A DNA stretch of 64,000 nucleotides from a virus (lineage: Duplodnaviria; Caudoviricetes): the IMG/VR virus record IMGVR_UViG_3300021399_000100; one strand, written 5' to 3'. The first letter of the stretch is position 1; each line of letters starts with the position of its first letter. Of this stretch, positions 8,316 to 16,291 are shown piece after piece. The notes beneath the pieces were generated by a model. It searched no databases. It saw nothing but the letters and a program-made list of their open reading frames with translations, and had not been told where the DNA came from. A program made the translations under genes and the position numbers.

Positions 8316-8648
8316 GGGATAAGGTTATTGGGTTAGCCTTATCTCACAAATTGACTAAAGCTTTACTTTTACTCTTTACATTTAAGCTTAACAGTCCTAG
8401 AGTGTTAGCATTGAGTCAAGAGCATTACAGTATAGCTTTATTGCAAAGCCATAGCATGTTCGTGTAATTCTTCATGAATTGTAAACACTTAGGCGCGGGT
8501 TCGAATCCCGTCCTGCCCGCAATTTTTTGATATTATATATGGGCAGGTGGTGAAGGGGTTAACACGGGTGTTCCACAGCTTTAGCATAACTTGCTATAAA
8601 GGTATTTGCACAATTCTACGGATATGCAGCAGGGATAGCTGGTATCCT
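8316..8648 (+). ncRNA. structured RNA containing a circularly permuted tRNA-like domain (core 8484-8572)
   Basis: T arm plus CCTGCCC (8495-8518) precedes GGGCAGG plus D arm (8541-8565); closed by AACACTT/GGGTGTT, GAATTGT/ACAATTC and GCATGTTCGTG/TACGGATATGC. Confidence 0.8.
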
Positions 8649-8649
8649 A

Positions 8650-8722
8650 GGGGGAGTAGCTCAAAAGGGAGAGCACACGAATCTTAATCATGGAGTTGCC
8701 GGTTCGAGTCCGGTCTCCCCTG
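8650..8722 (+). tRNA. tRNA-Lys(CTT)-like, atypical
   Basis: Cloverleaf with CACGA-AT CTT AA-TCATG (A32, one stem mismatch); G73. Confidence 0.6.
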
Positions 8723-8727
8723 CAAAC

Positions 8728-8807
8728 ATGGCGTTAGACAAATTGGTAAAGTCACACCCTTTATTCTAGGTTGGGTGAATTTGAAGGTTCGAATCCTTCA
8801 CGCCGTA
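8728..8807 (+). ncRNA. tRNA-like RNA with a 13-nt anticodon loop (identity undetermined)
   Basis: ATGGCGT/ACGCCGT acceptor, GAC/GTC D stem, CACCC-TTTATTCTAGGTT-GGGTG, GAAGG-TTCGAAT-CCTTC. Confidence 0.7.
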
Positions 8808-8832
8808 CAAATTTTAGATAATATATGGAAAT

Positions 8833-8903
8833 GTATCCTTGGTCTAATGGTAAGACGGCGGTCTCCAAAACCGCTAATCGAGGTTCGATTCCTTGAGGAT
8901 ATG
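8833..8903 (+). tRNA. tRNA-Trp(CCA)
   Basis: GCGGT-CT CCA AA-ACCGC. Confidence 0.9.
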
Positions 8904-9070
8904 CCGCCAGCATACTAACTACAGGCATGATGTGAGGTATGCATGCTTTCCACTTGTTGCCTGCAATGGAGGAAAGTACAGTTGCTAGTAAGTGTACCAT
9001 ATCATAGGCAGGTTCCTATGTCTAGCTCATGGCCAGTACTGAACAATAAAGGATGCACAAGAAGCTGACC

Positions 9071-9217
9071 AGCGAAGTAGCTCAATAGGTAGAGCACAGT
9101 AATTCATATACGGGAAGATTGCCGTTCGAACATCGCGCGCGAAGTAGTTCAACGCCATTCAGCGAGAGCACCGTATCCATATAACTGAAGATGACAGTTC
9201 GAATCTGTTCTTCGCGC
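9071..9217 (+). ncRNA. tandem tRNA-like units with cross-complementary anticodon arms
   Basis: Two GCGAAG-TA-GYTC...GAGC-A starts and two TTCGAA loops; CAGT(9097)/ACTG(9184) and ATACGG(9108)/CCGTAT(9171) pair between units. Confidence 0.7.
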
Positions 9218-9250
9218 ATAATGTAACTTGTATATTTGTGTTTTGATTGA

Positions 9251-9460
9251 ATGAATGCATATGTACCACATGAACATTACTCTAAAGGCGACTGTGTAGT
9301 TATTGATAGTACATGGGTTGTCAAAGGCTCTAAAACAATAAAAGCAAACGCGTCCGGTATAGGAATGTATGATTATCGCATATATACTATATCGAACGGT
9401 ACTGTTTCTATAGACGTTCCAGAGTGGCTCATATTGGGCAAGCTTGAAGATGATGTATAG
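9251..9460 (+). CDS. hypothetical protein
   Basis: ORF track; plausible small gene. Confidence 0.6.
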   Translation: MNAYVPHEHYSKGDCVVIDSTWVVKGSKTIKANASGIGMYDYRIYTISNGTVSIDVPEWLILGKLEDDV

Positions 9461-9532
9461 AAATGATTAGCTATGTACATCTTGACTATATAGTTAATAA
9501 TTCAATAAGTATAAGTGTAGTATATTACAATA

Positions 9533-10072
9533 ATGAAAAACTTTTTAATGATTTTAATAACGGTGGCTCTTGCTTTTTTTGCACACCATTTTTTAAGCTC
9601 ACCATCGTATTCTGCAACTACAGAAATCACGGTAGACAATTTCCTTGATATTGCTAAAGCAGATCTTGCTACAGAGTCTTCGAAATCAGAAAACGTCGTG
9701 TTCTACGAGAGTCAAATCACATTCTCTAATTTCATTACATCAGATACTGTAGGCATCGAACGAGTTATGAATGTTATTCAGGATACTTCTATGTGCATAC
9801 AGTTTCACCATCGTGGAACTAAAACATATATTACTAAAACGCATTCGTATTGGCTAGAAGATATTCCTGTTAACTTGGATAGGTTGATTACATTGGATAG
9901 TGCTATTACTAGATTGAACATGGCAAACGTACCAAAGCCTAAGACACGTATATGTATATTGCGCAACGTCTTAGGACCGACGCCTACAACCCCAGCTTAT
10001 ATTTTTGGAACGCATGGTACTGGATTCGTAAGAGTTGACGGATATACCGGAGAGGTTAGTACTATAGAATAA
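9533..10072 (+). CDS. hypothetical exported protein
   Basis: N-terminal signal/TM segment; C-terminal VRVDGYTGEV is PepSY-like. Confidence 0.7.
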   Translation: MKNFLMILITVALAFFAHHFLSSPSYSATTEITVDNFLDIAKADLATESSKSENVVFYESQITFSNFITSDTVGIERVMNVIQDTSMCIQFHHRGTKTYITKTHSYWLEDIPVNLDRLITLDSAITRLNMANVPKPKTRICILRNVLGPTPTTPAYIFGTHGTGFVRVDGYTGEVSTIE

Positions 10073-10122
10073 TAAATATAGGGAAGCAATCAATACCATA
10101 GTGTTCTGATTGCTTTTCTTAT

Positions 10123-10193
10123 GTCAGGTTGGCCGAGTGGTTAGGTAATGGTCTGCAAAACCATTTACGCAGGTTCGATTCCTGTACCTGACT
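10123..10193 (+). tRNA. tRNA-Cys(GCA)
   Basis: ATGGT-CT GCA AA-ACCAT; U73. Confidence 0.9.
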
Positions 10194-10216
10194 CTTCATT
10201 TAAAATAATATATGTC

Positions 10217-10648
10217 ATGATAGATATAGATAAACTTATTCTTTCTGCAACAAAAGAAAGAGACATAGCTAGGCGAGAGAGCTATAAGATGGTAAAGTCA
10301 AAGTTCCAGGAATGGAAGACTTCTAAGGAGAATGCTGGTAAGAAGGAGATGACTGAGGCTGATCAAATTAAGATCCTCAAGAAGCTTAAAGCCGAATACG
10401 AAGCAGATGCTAGTATGTATCGTACAAAAATGTCAGGCCAAGACATTGCGAAGCAATACGAAGAAACTGCAGTTATTATTGGCAAGCTTATCCCTGCCGA
10501 AGCTAGTGAAGCCGATATAGAAGCGTATATTAGCGAGATAGTTGGCGGTTCAAATATGCAGTTGAAAGATGTGATATGTGCTACTAAAGCGAAGTTCCCT
10601 TCGACTGATGGTAAGATCATAGCCACATTGGTAAAGAAACATTTCTGA
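10217..10648 (+). CDS. GatB/YqeY-domain protein
   Basis: IDKLILSATKERD...MVKSKF...ILKKLK...E..II..LIP...DGKII..LVK; real start ATG 10217 after tRNA-Cys. Confidence 0.8.
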   Translation: MIDIDKLILSATKERDIARRESYKMVKSKFQEWKTSKENAGKKEMTEADQIKILKKLKAEYEADASMYRTKMSGQDIAKQYEETAVIIGKLIPAEASEADIEAYISEIVGGSNMQLKDVICATKAKFPSTDGKIIATLVKKHF

Positions 10649-10752
10649 TATATAGACAAAAATGATTAAGGCTATCATACAAGATAGCCTTTTGTTTTAT
10701 ATCGTAAATAATTTGTATAACGCTACTCCAAGTGGCTTTAACTAAAACAGAT

Positions 10753-11400
10753 ATGATAGTAGATAATTTCGAAGCATTTGAGAAATGCATCATGAATTTC
10801 CAAACAGATGATTCTGGAGATCCTTATATTTACCAGATTGATCTAATTGAAAGGAAGAAAGACGGTGTGGATTGTATTGGTAGCAAAAATAGTTCGCGCC
10901 GCGTAGCATCTTTCTACCCTGAAGATATAGCTCAATGGCAGAAATACAAGAACCGTATTAAAGAGATGTGCACTAGCCGACCAGGATTGAGAGCTTACAT
11001 CAACCCATCTAGAAAGAAAGCATCTAAAGTTCTATTACATTTGAATACATTAATAGCCAAACGTTTATATGACAAGGCATATACAGGACTGAGCAAGTTG
11101 TACCCTTCTGCTATAGCATCATGCAAGCCATACAAACAGGATGCATTGTGGGTTCTTGACGTAGACGCGGATGATCCATTTTCTTCAGATGATATTTTAG
11201 AATATTTTGAAAGCGTAGGTCTTTCTTCAGTCATAGTAACATCATTGCCTTCTAAGAGTGGCTGTCATATAATAACAAAGGCTTTTGATCGACATAAATT
11301 TGACGAATGGCTAAATAATAAGTGGGGAGGAAAGAAAACTGGTGAATCTATAGTTCATATCAATTCCCTTACTAACCTGTATATTAATACAGGCATATAA
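10753..11400 (+). CDS. conserved phage protein with AEP (primase-polymerase)-like motifs
   Basis: WVLDVD (hhhDhD) and PSKSGCHII (sxxGxH). Confidence 0.55.
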   Translation: MIVDNFEAFEKCIMNFQTDDSGDPYIYQIDLIERKKDGVDCIGSKNSSRRVASFYPEDIAQWQKYKNRIKEMCTSRPGLRAYINPSRKKASKVLLHLNTLIAKRLYDKAYTGLSKLYPSAIASCKPYKQDALWVLDVDADDPFSSDDILEYFESVGLSSVIVTSLPSKSGCHIITKAFDRHKFDEWLNNKWGGKKTGESIVHINSLTNLYINTGI

Positions 11401-11437
11401 AGTTTCCTAAGATCATACTTAATTCATTTATATTATT

Positions 11438-11998
11438 ATGTTAGTATTGCATAGTGTTTCATTGGCTGCTCTTTTAGCAGTCTTAATTTATGTAGTGTGT
11501 TTTATTTGCAGATATAGAATCGTTCCGCAAAGCCTTTCTGTTACTGCAGAGTATAATGGCCGATATATATGGTGGCAGATAATGATATGTACTGTTATGG
11601 GCTGGTTGGGGTATTGGATACCTACTGTGTATGATTTTAGCACATATGGATATTGGCCCATTTTGGCTTCAGTAGGAGCTGCTGGATTGGCATTGGCTGG
11701 ATATTATTCATATTCACCAGATGAAGAGTCTAAGCATGATATGATGATACATAAGATAGGGTCTTTTTCAGGCGCGGTTCTCGTATGTCTGTTTTATGTA
11801 GCATGTTTGCATTGGTGGGCAGTACTATTTATATTGGCCATATGTGCTTTGCTAGGCCTTATCGTTCCAGGATGCAGATACGACGCTCATTATACTAGAG
11901 GTTATTCAATAAGCAACTCTATTGTCTTCTGGGAAGAGATTGGTATCATCGGCATTATAGGATTCGATATTGTCAATAGATTCATATCTTGTTTCTGA
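11438..11998 (+). CDS. integral membrane protein
   Basis: About 5-6 hydrophobic segments. Confidence 0.75.
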   Translation: MLVLHSVSLAALLAVLIYVVCFICRYRIVPQSLSVTAEYNGRYIWWQIMICTVMGWLGYWIPTVYDFSTYGYWPILASVGAAGLALAGYYSYSPDEESKHDMMIHKIGSFSGAVLVCLFYVACLHWWAVLFILAICALLGLIVPGCRYDAHYTRGYSISNSIVFWEEIGIIGIIGFDIVNRFISCF

Positions 11999-12086
11999 TT
12001 AGCAAATATATAGATGCAGCCATGTTCCTATGCAGCCTGCATCTATATTTGTAAATATACTATTAATAACAATTGATTATGCTCAC

Positions 12087-12752
12087 ATGAATATATTGCA
12101 CTTTAAGGAATGGCTTTATGTCCACGGTGGTTATAGACATACGCCCAAAACTAAAGAAGAACTATTGGATGCCATTGAAATCGAAATAAAGAAGCAAGGT
12201 CCTCATGCAAACTTAGGGTATATTGATGTATCAAATGTGACAGACATGAGCGAATTATTTATGAATAGAGAATCATTCGATTGTGATATTTCAAACTGGA
12301 ATACGTCAAAAGTAAAAGACATGTCCAGGATGTTCGCTAATACTAAGAACATAAAGGTGGATCTGTCAAGTTGGAACGTTTCTTCTGTCAAACATATGGA
12401 TGGTATGTTTGAACGCAGCGATTTCACCGGTGATTTACATAGCTGGAATGTCTCTAATGTTGTCAGCATGAGAGGAATGTTCATGTATTCTAAATTCAAT
12501 AGCAATATTTCGGATTGGGATACTTATAATGTAAAAGACATGGCCATGATGTTCATGTGTAGTGATTTCAATCGAGATATACACTGTTGGTGTATATCAA
12601 ATGTAAGAGACATGACCCGAATGTTCTACGGAGCGCATTCATTTGTTCACGATATCAGTAACTGGAATCTGAGTAAGGTCACTAATAAAGATGAGATGTT
12701 CGATGACAGTGAATATATTCGACAGCAGATAAAGATGCCATACGAAATATAA
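12087..12752 (+). CDS. DUF285/BspA-like surface-repeat protein
   Basis: Repeated IS.W.TS.V.DMS.MF units; IDVSNVTDMSELF. Confidence 0.9.
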   Translation: MNILHFKEWLYVHGGYRHTPKTKEELLDAIEIEIKKQGPHANLGYIDVSNVTDMSELFMNRESFDCDISNWNTSKVKDMSRMFANTKNIKVDLSSWNVSSVKHMDGMFERSDFTGDLHSWNVSNVVSMRGMFMYSKFNSNISDWDTYNVKDMAMMFMCSDFNRDIHCWCISNVRDMTRMFYGAHSFVHDISNWNLSKVTNKDEMFDDSEYIRQQIKMPYEI

Positions 12753-12803
12753 AAAAAAGAGAAGGTTTCTATTGAGTACCTTCTCTTTATTATTTATACA
12801 ATA

Positions 12804-12843
12804 AATGCGATTTAACGCGATATCTTTTATAAATCGATATCTT
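12804..12843. repeat. dispersed intergenic repeat, copy 1
   Basis: 38/40 identical to the reverse complement of 59463-59502. Confidence 0.85.
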
Positions 12844-12906
12844 ATACAGTTTGTTATATATATGCGATTATATGCGCGTTTATGCACGGAATTTAATATA
12901 ATAGAG

Positions 12907-12940
12907 TAAAAAGGGTGTGACAAGAATCACACCCTTTTTA
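12907..12940. terminator. bidirectional intrinsic terminator
   Basis: TAAAAAGGGTGTGA-caagaa-TCACACCCTTTTTA between convergent genes. Confidence 0.8.
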
Positions 12941-12949
12941 ATAAGTTTA

Positions 12950-14644
12950 TTAGAAATACTTAACCGTCCAGTTTTCTGGTACAGCCTCTACTGGTAAGTT
13001 AAATCCCTGCACCACAACTGGGAAGTATATAACTCCACTAACTGTTGTGTTTGTAAATAAAAACTGTTGGAAAGTAAGAGCATTTGAAGGTGAAGTGATA
13101 TTTACTACCACTGTAGTTAGTGCTGAGCAAATTGATAACCCATTTTCCAGGCCCATAGACTTTGCTGAGTCAGCTTCAAGATAAGCATATTCCAAACCAC
13201 TACATCTAGAGAAAGCATTACTCAACATTCTTCTCATAATCTTAGATGGCAGGATAGGCAGTTTCTTTAGCCCTGTACAGTTAAACAAGAAGTAAGCAAA
13301 GGTATTAGTACCATCACTGTCTCCAGGATAAGCCATGTGTCTATTCATATCAAGCTTACTAGCATCTACAATAGCTGAGTTACTACTAAACAGATTCATG
13401 AAGCAGTTCTCGCAAGGATTGACAGTTGTATTTGTTCCGTTATTCATTAGAGAAGAAACGCAACCAACCAGATCCACTTTACCTGTCATTGAGAAATTCC
13501 AGTTACCTGAATTATAGCCAGTCGTAATACCTGCTGAATTATTTCCTCTAAAAAATACAGCTCTTCCTGCTAGCAAGGAAATGACTGTATTAGGAGTATA
13601 CTCATTCCATGTGCTGTTATTTAAGCTATACTCAAATGTTCTATTTAAATCTGCCCCAGAATAATCCTCGACATAATCTTTCATGTAAAGTTTTACAGTA
13701 GACGCTTCTCTTGCAATAATACCAATAGGAAGAGGATTTGATGCAGTATCTGTTATGTTTATAGCTAGCCAATTGGAAGGAAGGGTGAATTTGTCTACAA
13801 TACTTCCCTCTACATAAAAAGTACCCGTAGTAGACAATCCTGTCATTACATTAGTACTTGCACCTGCGGTTGTACTGCCATCTACATAAAGAGAAGCCTT
13901 TACTAAAGAAGTGCATCCTTTAAACAGATTGGAATGTCCAGTAAGATTACCACTTACTTTTAAATTCGCCTTCGCAAGAGATGTGCAATTTTCAAACCAA
14001 CCTGAGAGATTAACATTTCCTGGGAAAGTTACGTCTGCTTCGGTTAATCCTGTTAATCCAGAAAGACAAGGAATAGCTCCTGCTGTCGTAGGAAAGTCTA
14101 TTCCATCTATATTGCTTATAACTCCTGCTGAATCTACTATTGTTAGATTAGGGATAGAAGATAAGCTGCCTGAAAGTTTTGCATTTCCTGATAAAAATGT
14201 CAGTGTAACATTTCCTGATGTATTCCACAAATACATTTGTTTGCCAGAAGAAACGACAATATCAGAACCTGATGTTACTGCAGTAGCATTGTTAGTAACA
14301 GTAGTGGAACCTTGTTTTACATTGCTACCTGTTACTGTAATAACTGTTCTTGAAATAGCTGTTACACAAAAAGGACTGTTTGCTTTTGCGACGCTAAATC
14401 CCTTTGCTCTTGCTACGTCAATAGTGCTTTGACTAAGAGAATCAACAACACTTTCATTAAGAGTTATTGTTTTACCACTTACTGTTCCTGCGTTACTTAC
14501 AATACCTTCAACAGATTCTGGAGTTAAAGGAGAGTCTGGTGCAGAAAAATCACGAATCAACCCAGAAAAAGAGATACTTGTAACTGACTTTCCTGGATCA
14601 TTAATCGTTATGCTTGAATTTTTTGGAATGTTGTATGTACTCAT
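12950..14644 (-). CDS. tail-fibre-associated protein with BspA/LRR-like repeats
   Basis: F.NCTSL..A and FNCTGLKKLP repeats, EYSLNNSTW..YT module; start overlaps the upstream stop (ATGA). Confidence 0.65.
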   Translation of the reverse strand: MSTYNIPKNSSITINDPGKSVTSISFSGLIRDFSAPDSPLTPESVEGIVSNAGTVSGKTITLNESVVDSLSQSTIDVARAKGFSVAKANSPFCVTAISRTVITVTGSNVKQGSTTVTNNATAVTSGSDIVVSSGKQMYLWNTSGNVTLTFLSGNAKLSGSLSSIPNLTIVDSAGVISNIDGIDFPTTAGAIPCLSGLTGLTEADVTFPGNVNLSGWFENCTSLAKANLKVSGNLTGHSNLFKGCTSLVKASLYVDGSTTAGASTNVMTGLSTTGTFYVEGSIVDKFTLPSNWLAINITDTASNPLPIGIIAREASTVKLYMKDYVEDYSGADLNRTFEYSLNNSTWNEYTPNTVISLLAGRAVFFRGNNSAGITTGYNSGNWNFSMTGKVDLVGCVSSLMNNGTNTTVNPCENCFMNLFSSNSAIVDASKLDMNRHMAYPGDSDGTNTFAYFLFNCTGLKKLPILPSKIMRRMLSNAFSRCSGLEYAYLEADSAKSMGLENGLSICSALTTVVVNITSPSNALTFQQFLFTNTTVSGVIYFPVVVQGFNLPVEAVPENWTVKYF

Positions 14645-16287
14645 TGTGCAGAAGTAATTTGAGATATACCTGAAGTTTTGAAGAAAGTCCATTGATTATT
14701 TAAACAGATGCACTTTACAACACTTTCATTGCATCCATTCAAATCTGTATTTGTATTACCATCTTTAATTGTTAGTGTATTACCACTTGTAATTGTTAAT
14801 TCGATTTCTTTTCCAGTCACTTTTGTTATATTAGTAAAGTCCAAAATAGAATTGGATCCATAAGAGTAAGTAACAATTATCTTTGGTTTATCTTCTGCTG
14901 TTATCGTCTCTCCAGAATAATTGGTAAATGTTACTATTTGTGGTTTCAAAAAATCGAACATTTTAGCAGTGACATAATCTTTCACTACTTTTAGTGAAGC
15001 CAAATAATTAGGAGCATTTGCTGAGGACATTAAATCTTCCATTATTGAGAAAGTAGATATTGATTTCACATATTCAATATCACTTCCTAATGTTACCTCA
15101 AGGGCTCCTCCAGCAATACCAAAAGTTCCTACTTCATATTGTATCGAAGCATTATCTCCAAAAGATGTATAACCAGAACGTTTCCCTTGCAAAGGATTAC
15201 TGTCACCATTTGCTGTTATCCATGAAGTTCCATTCCACCATTTAGGTATCTTTTTGAGTGCAGAGCCATCGAAAACCATATCTCCAACTTTAGGTTCCGC
15301 AGGAAATGATTCTCCTGATTTAACAACATGAGGATAAGTCAATACATAGTCAGGCAAATCCTCTCCTCTAAACTCAAAGCTTTCCAAAGTTGCATCTTGA
15401 CCTATAAATATATATAGCCAATCAGCATCGTGTTCAGCAACAAAGCTCCAAGTTCCGGCACCTGAGTCTCCTGAATTATTAACTTGTTTCAATCGGTTAT
15501 CGGGATTCTGTGTACTTTTAGCTCCTTTACCATAACCTATGTAGAAAGAACGTGCTGTTTTAGTATAATAGTACCTTTTACCCTTTTCAATAGGAAATGT
15601 TATGAACTTATATTGGTCTGTCATATTGGTTACTTTAACAGGCTCAATAGCACTTCCAAGGTCTGTAAGGGTAATGTCTACAAGATTAGAAGAGGAACCA
15701 GTGGTGAAATAGAAATACTTAGCATCGTCTACCATACAAATAAACTCATAAGTACCTGCACCGCTAGAAAAAGACGTTCTTACATCCTGTGCAATATCAG
15801 TTCTAGAATTATTAGTTCTAGTCATAAAGCCAGTGAAAGGACTCTGAGTTTTTGTTAATGAGTATTTTTCATACTTCTTAAAGTTGTATGGAATCCAAAA
15901 TTCACCACCAACATCTGTTCTAACAACAGGTTCTTCTACTGGATAGTCAGTTCTAGGATGGAAGATTTCTATGAGGTCTGGTTTATTTATGTTATTCAGG
16001 CCGCCAATATTCTTCCAACCGGCACCTGTATTCATCCAAAGTTTACCTGTATCAAGAGATGTCCATATAGCACCTTTTGCTACAGGACCTTCTTTCGTAA
16101 AAAGTTTACCTGCTTTGATAATTGGTTTATCTACTTCATTACCAAACAAATAGCGTTGATTAAACTCCCATTGGACACTGTTTAAAGCATCCAATGAGGT
16201 TCTTTTTAAGATAGCTTTAATATCTGCAACAATCTTATCTAAAGATTGTTTGTCAATTAATTCTACGTTGTCGCTCATAATTGTCAA
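14641..16287 (-). CDS. putative tail-fibre/virion accessory protein
   Basis: Co-oriented with the fibre gene; duplicated SGAGT beta-domain; PKWWNGTSWI motif. Confidence 0.55.
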   Translation of the reverse strand: MTIMSDNVELIDKQSLDKIVADIKAILKRTSLDALNSVQWEFNQRYLFGNEVDKPIIKAGKLFTKEGPVAKGAIWTSLDTGKLWMNTGAGWKNIGGLNNINKPDLIEIFHPRTDYPVEEPVVRTDVGGEFWIPYNFKKYEKYSLTKTQSPFTGFMTRTNNSRTDIAQDVRTSFSSGAGTYEFICMVDDAKYFYFTTGSSSNLVDITLTDLGSAIEPVKVTNMTDQYKFITFPIEKGKRYYYTKTARSFYIGYGKGAKSTQNPDNRLKQVNNSGDSGAGTWSFVAEHDADWLYIFIGQDATLESFEFRGEDLPDYVLTYPHVVKSGESFPAEPKVGDMVFDGSALKKIPKWWNGTSWITANGDSNPLQGKRSGYTSFGDNASIQYEVGTFGIAGGALEVTLGSDIEYVKSISTFSIMEDLMSSANAPNYLASLKVVKDYVTAKMFDFLKPQIVTFTNYSGETITAEDKPKIIVTYSYGSNSILDFTNITKVTGKEIELTITSGNTLTIKDGNTNTDLNGCNESVVKCICLNNQWTFFKTSGISQITSAQ

Positions 16288-16291
16288 TTAA

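Noticed and set aside
8484-8648. Two-piece tmRNA
   Set aside because: No G3:U70 pair, G discriminator, true D stem, and no convincing tag frame ending in Ala-Ala
8968-8980. RNase P RNA (GAGGAAAGT motif)
   Set aside because: The motif is part of a local hairpin; no matching 3' P4 strand and the region is too short
5350-9000. ORFs 5350-5778(-), 6520-6783(-), 6552-6740(-) and 8761-9000(-)
   Set aside because: Antisense shadows of tRNA genes
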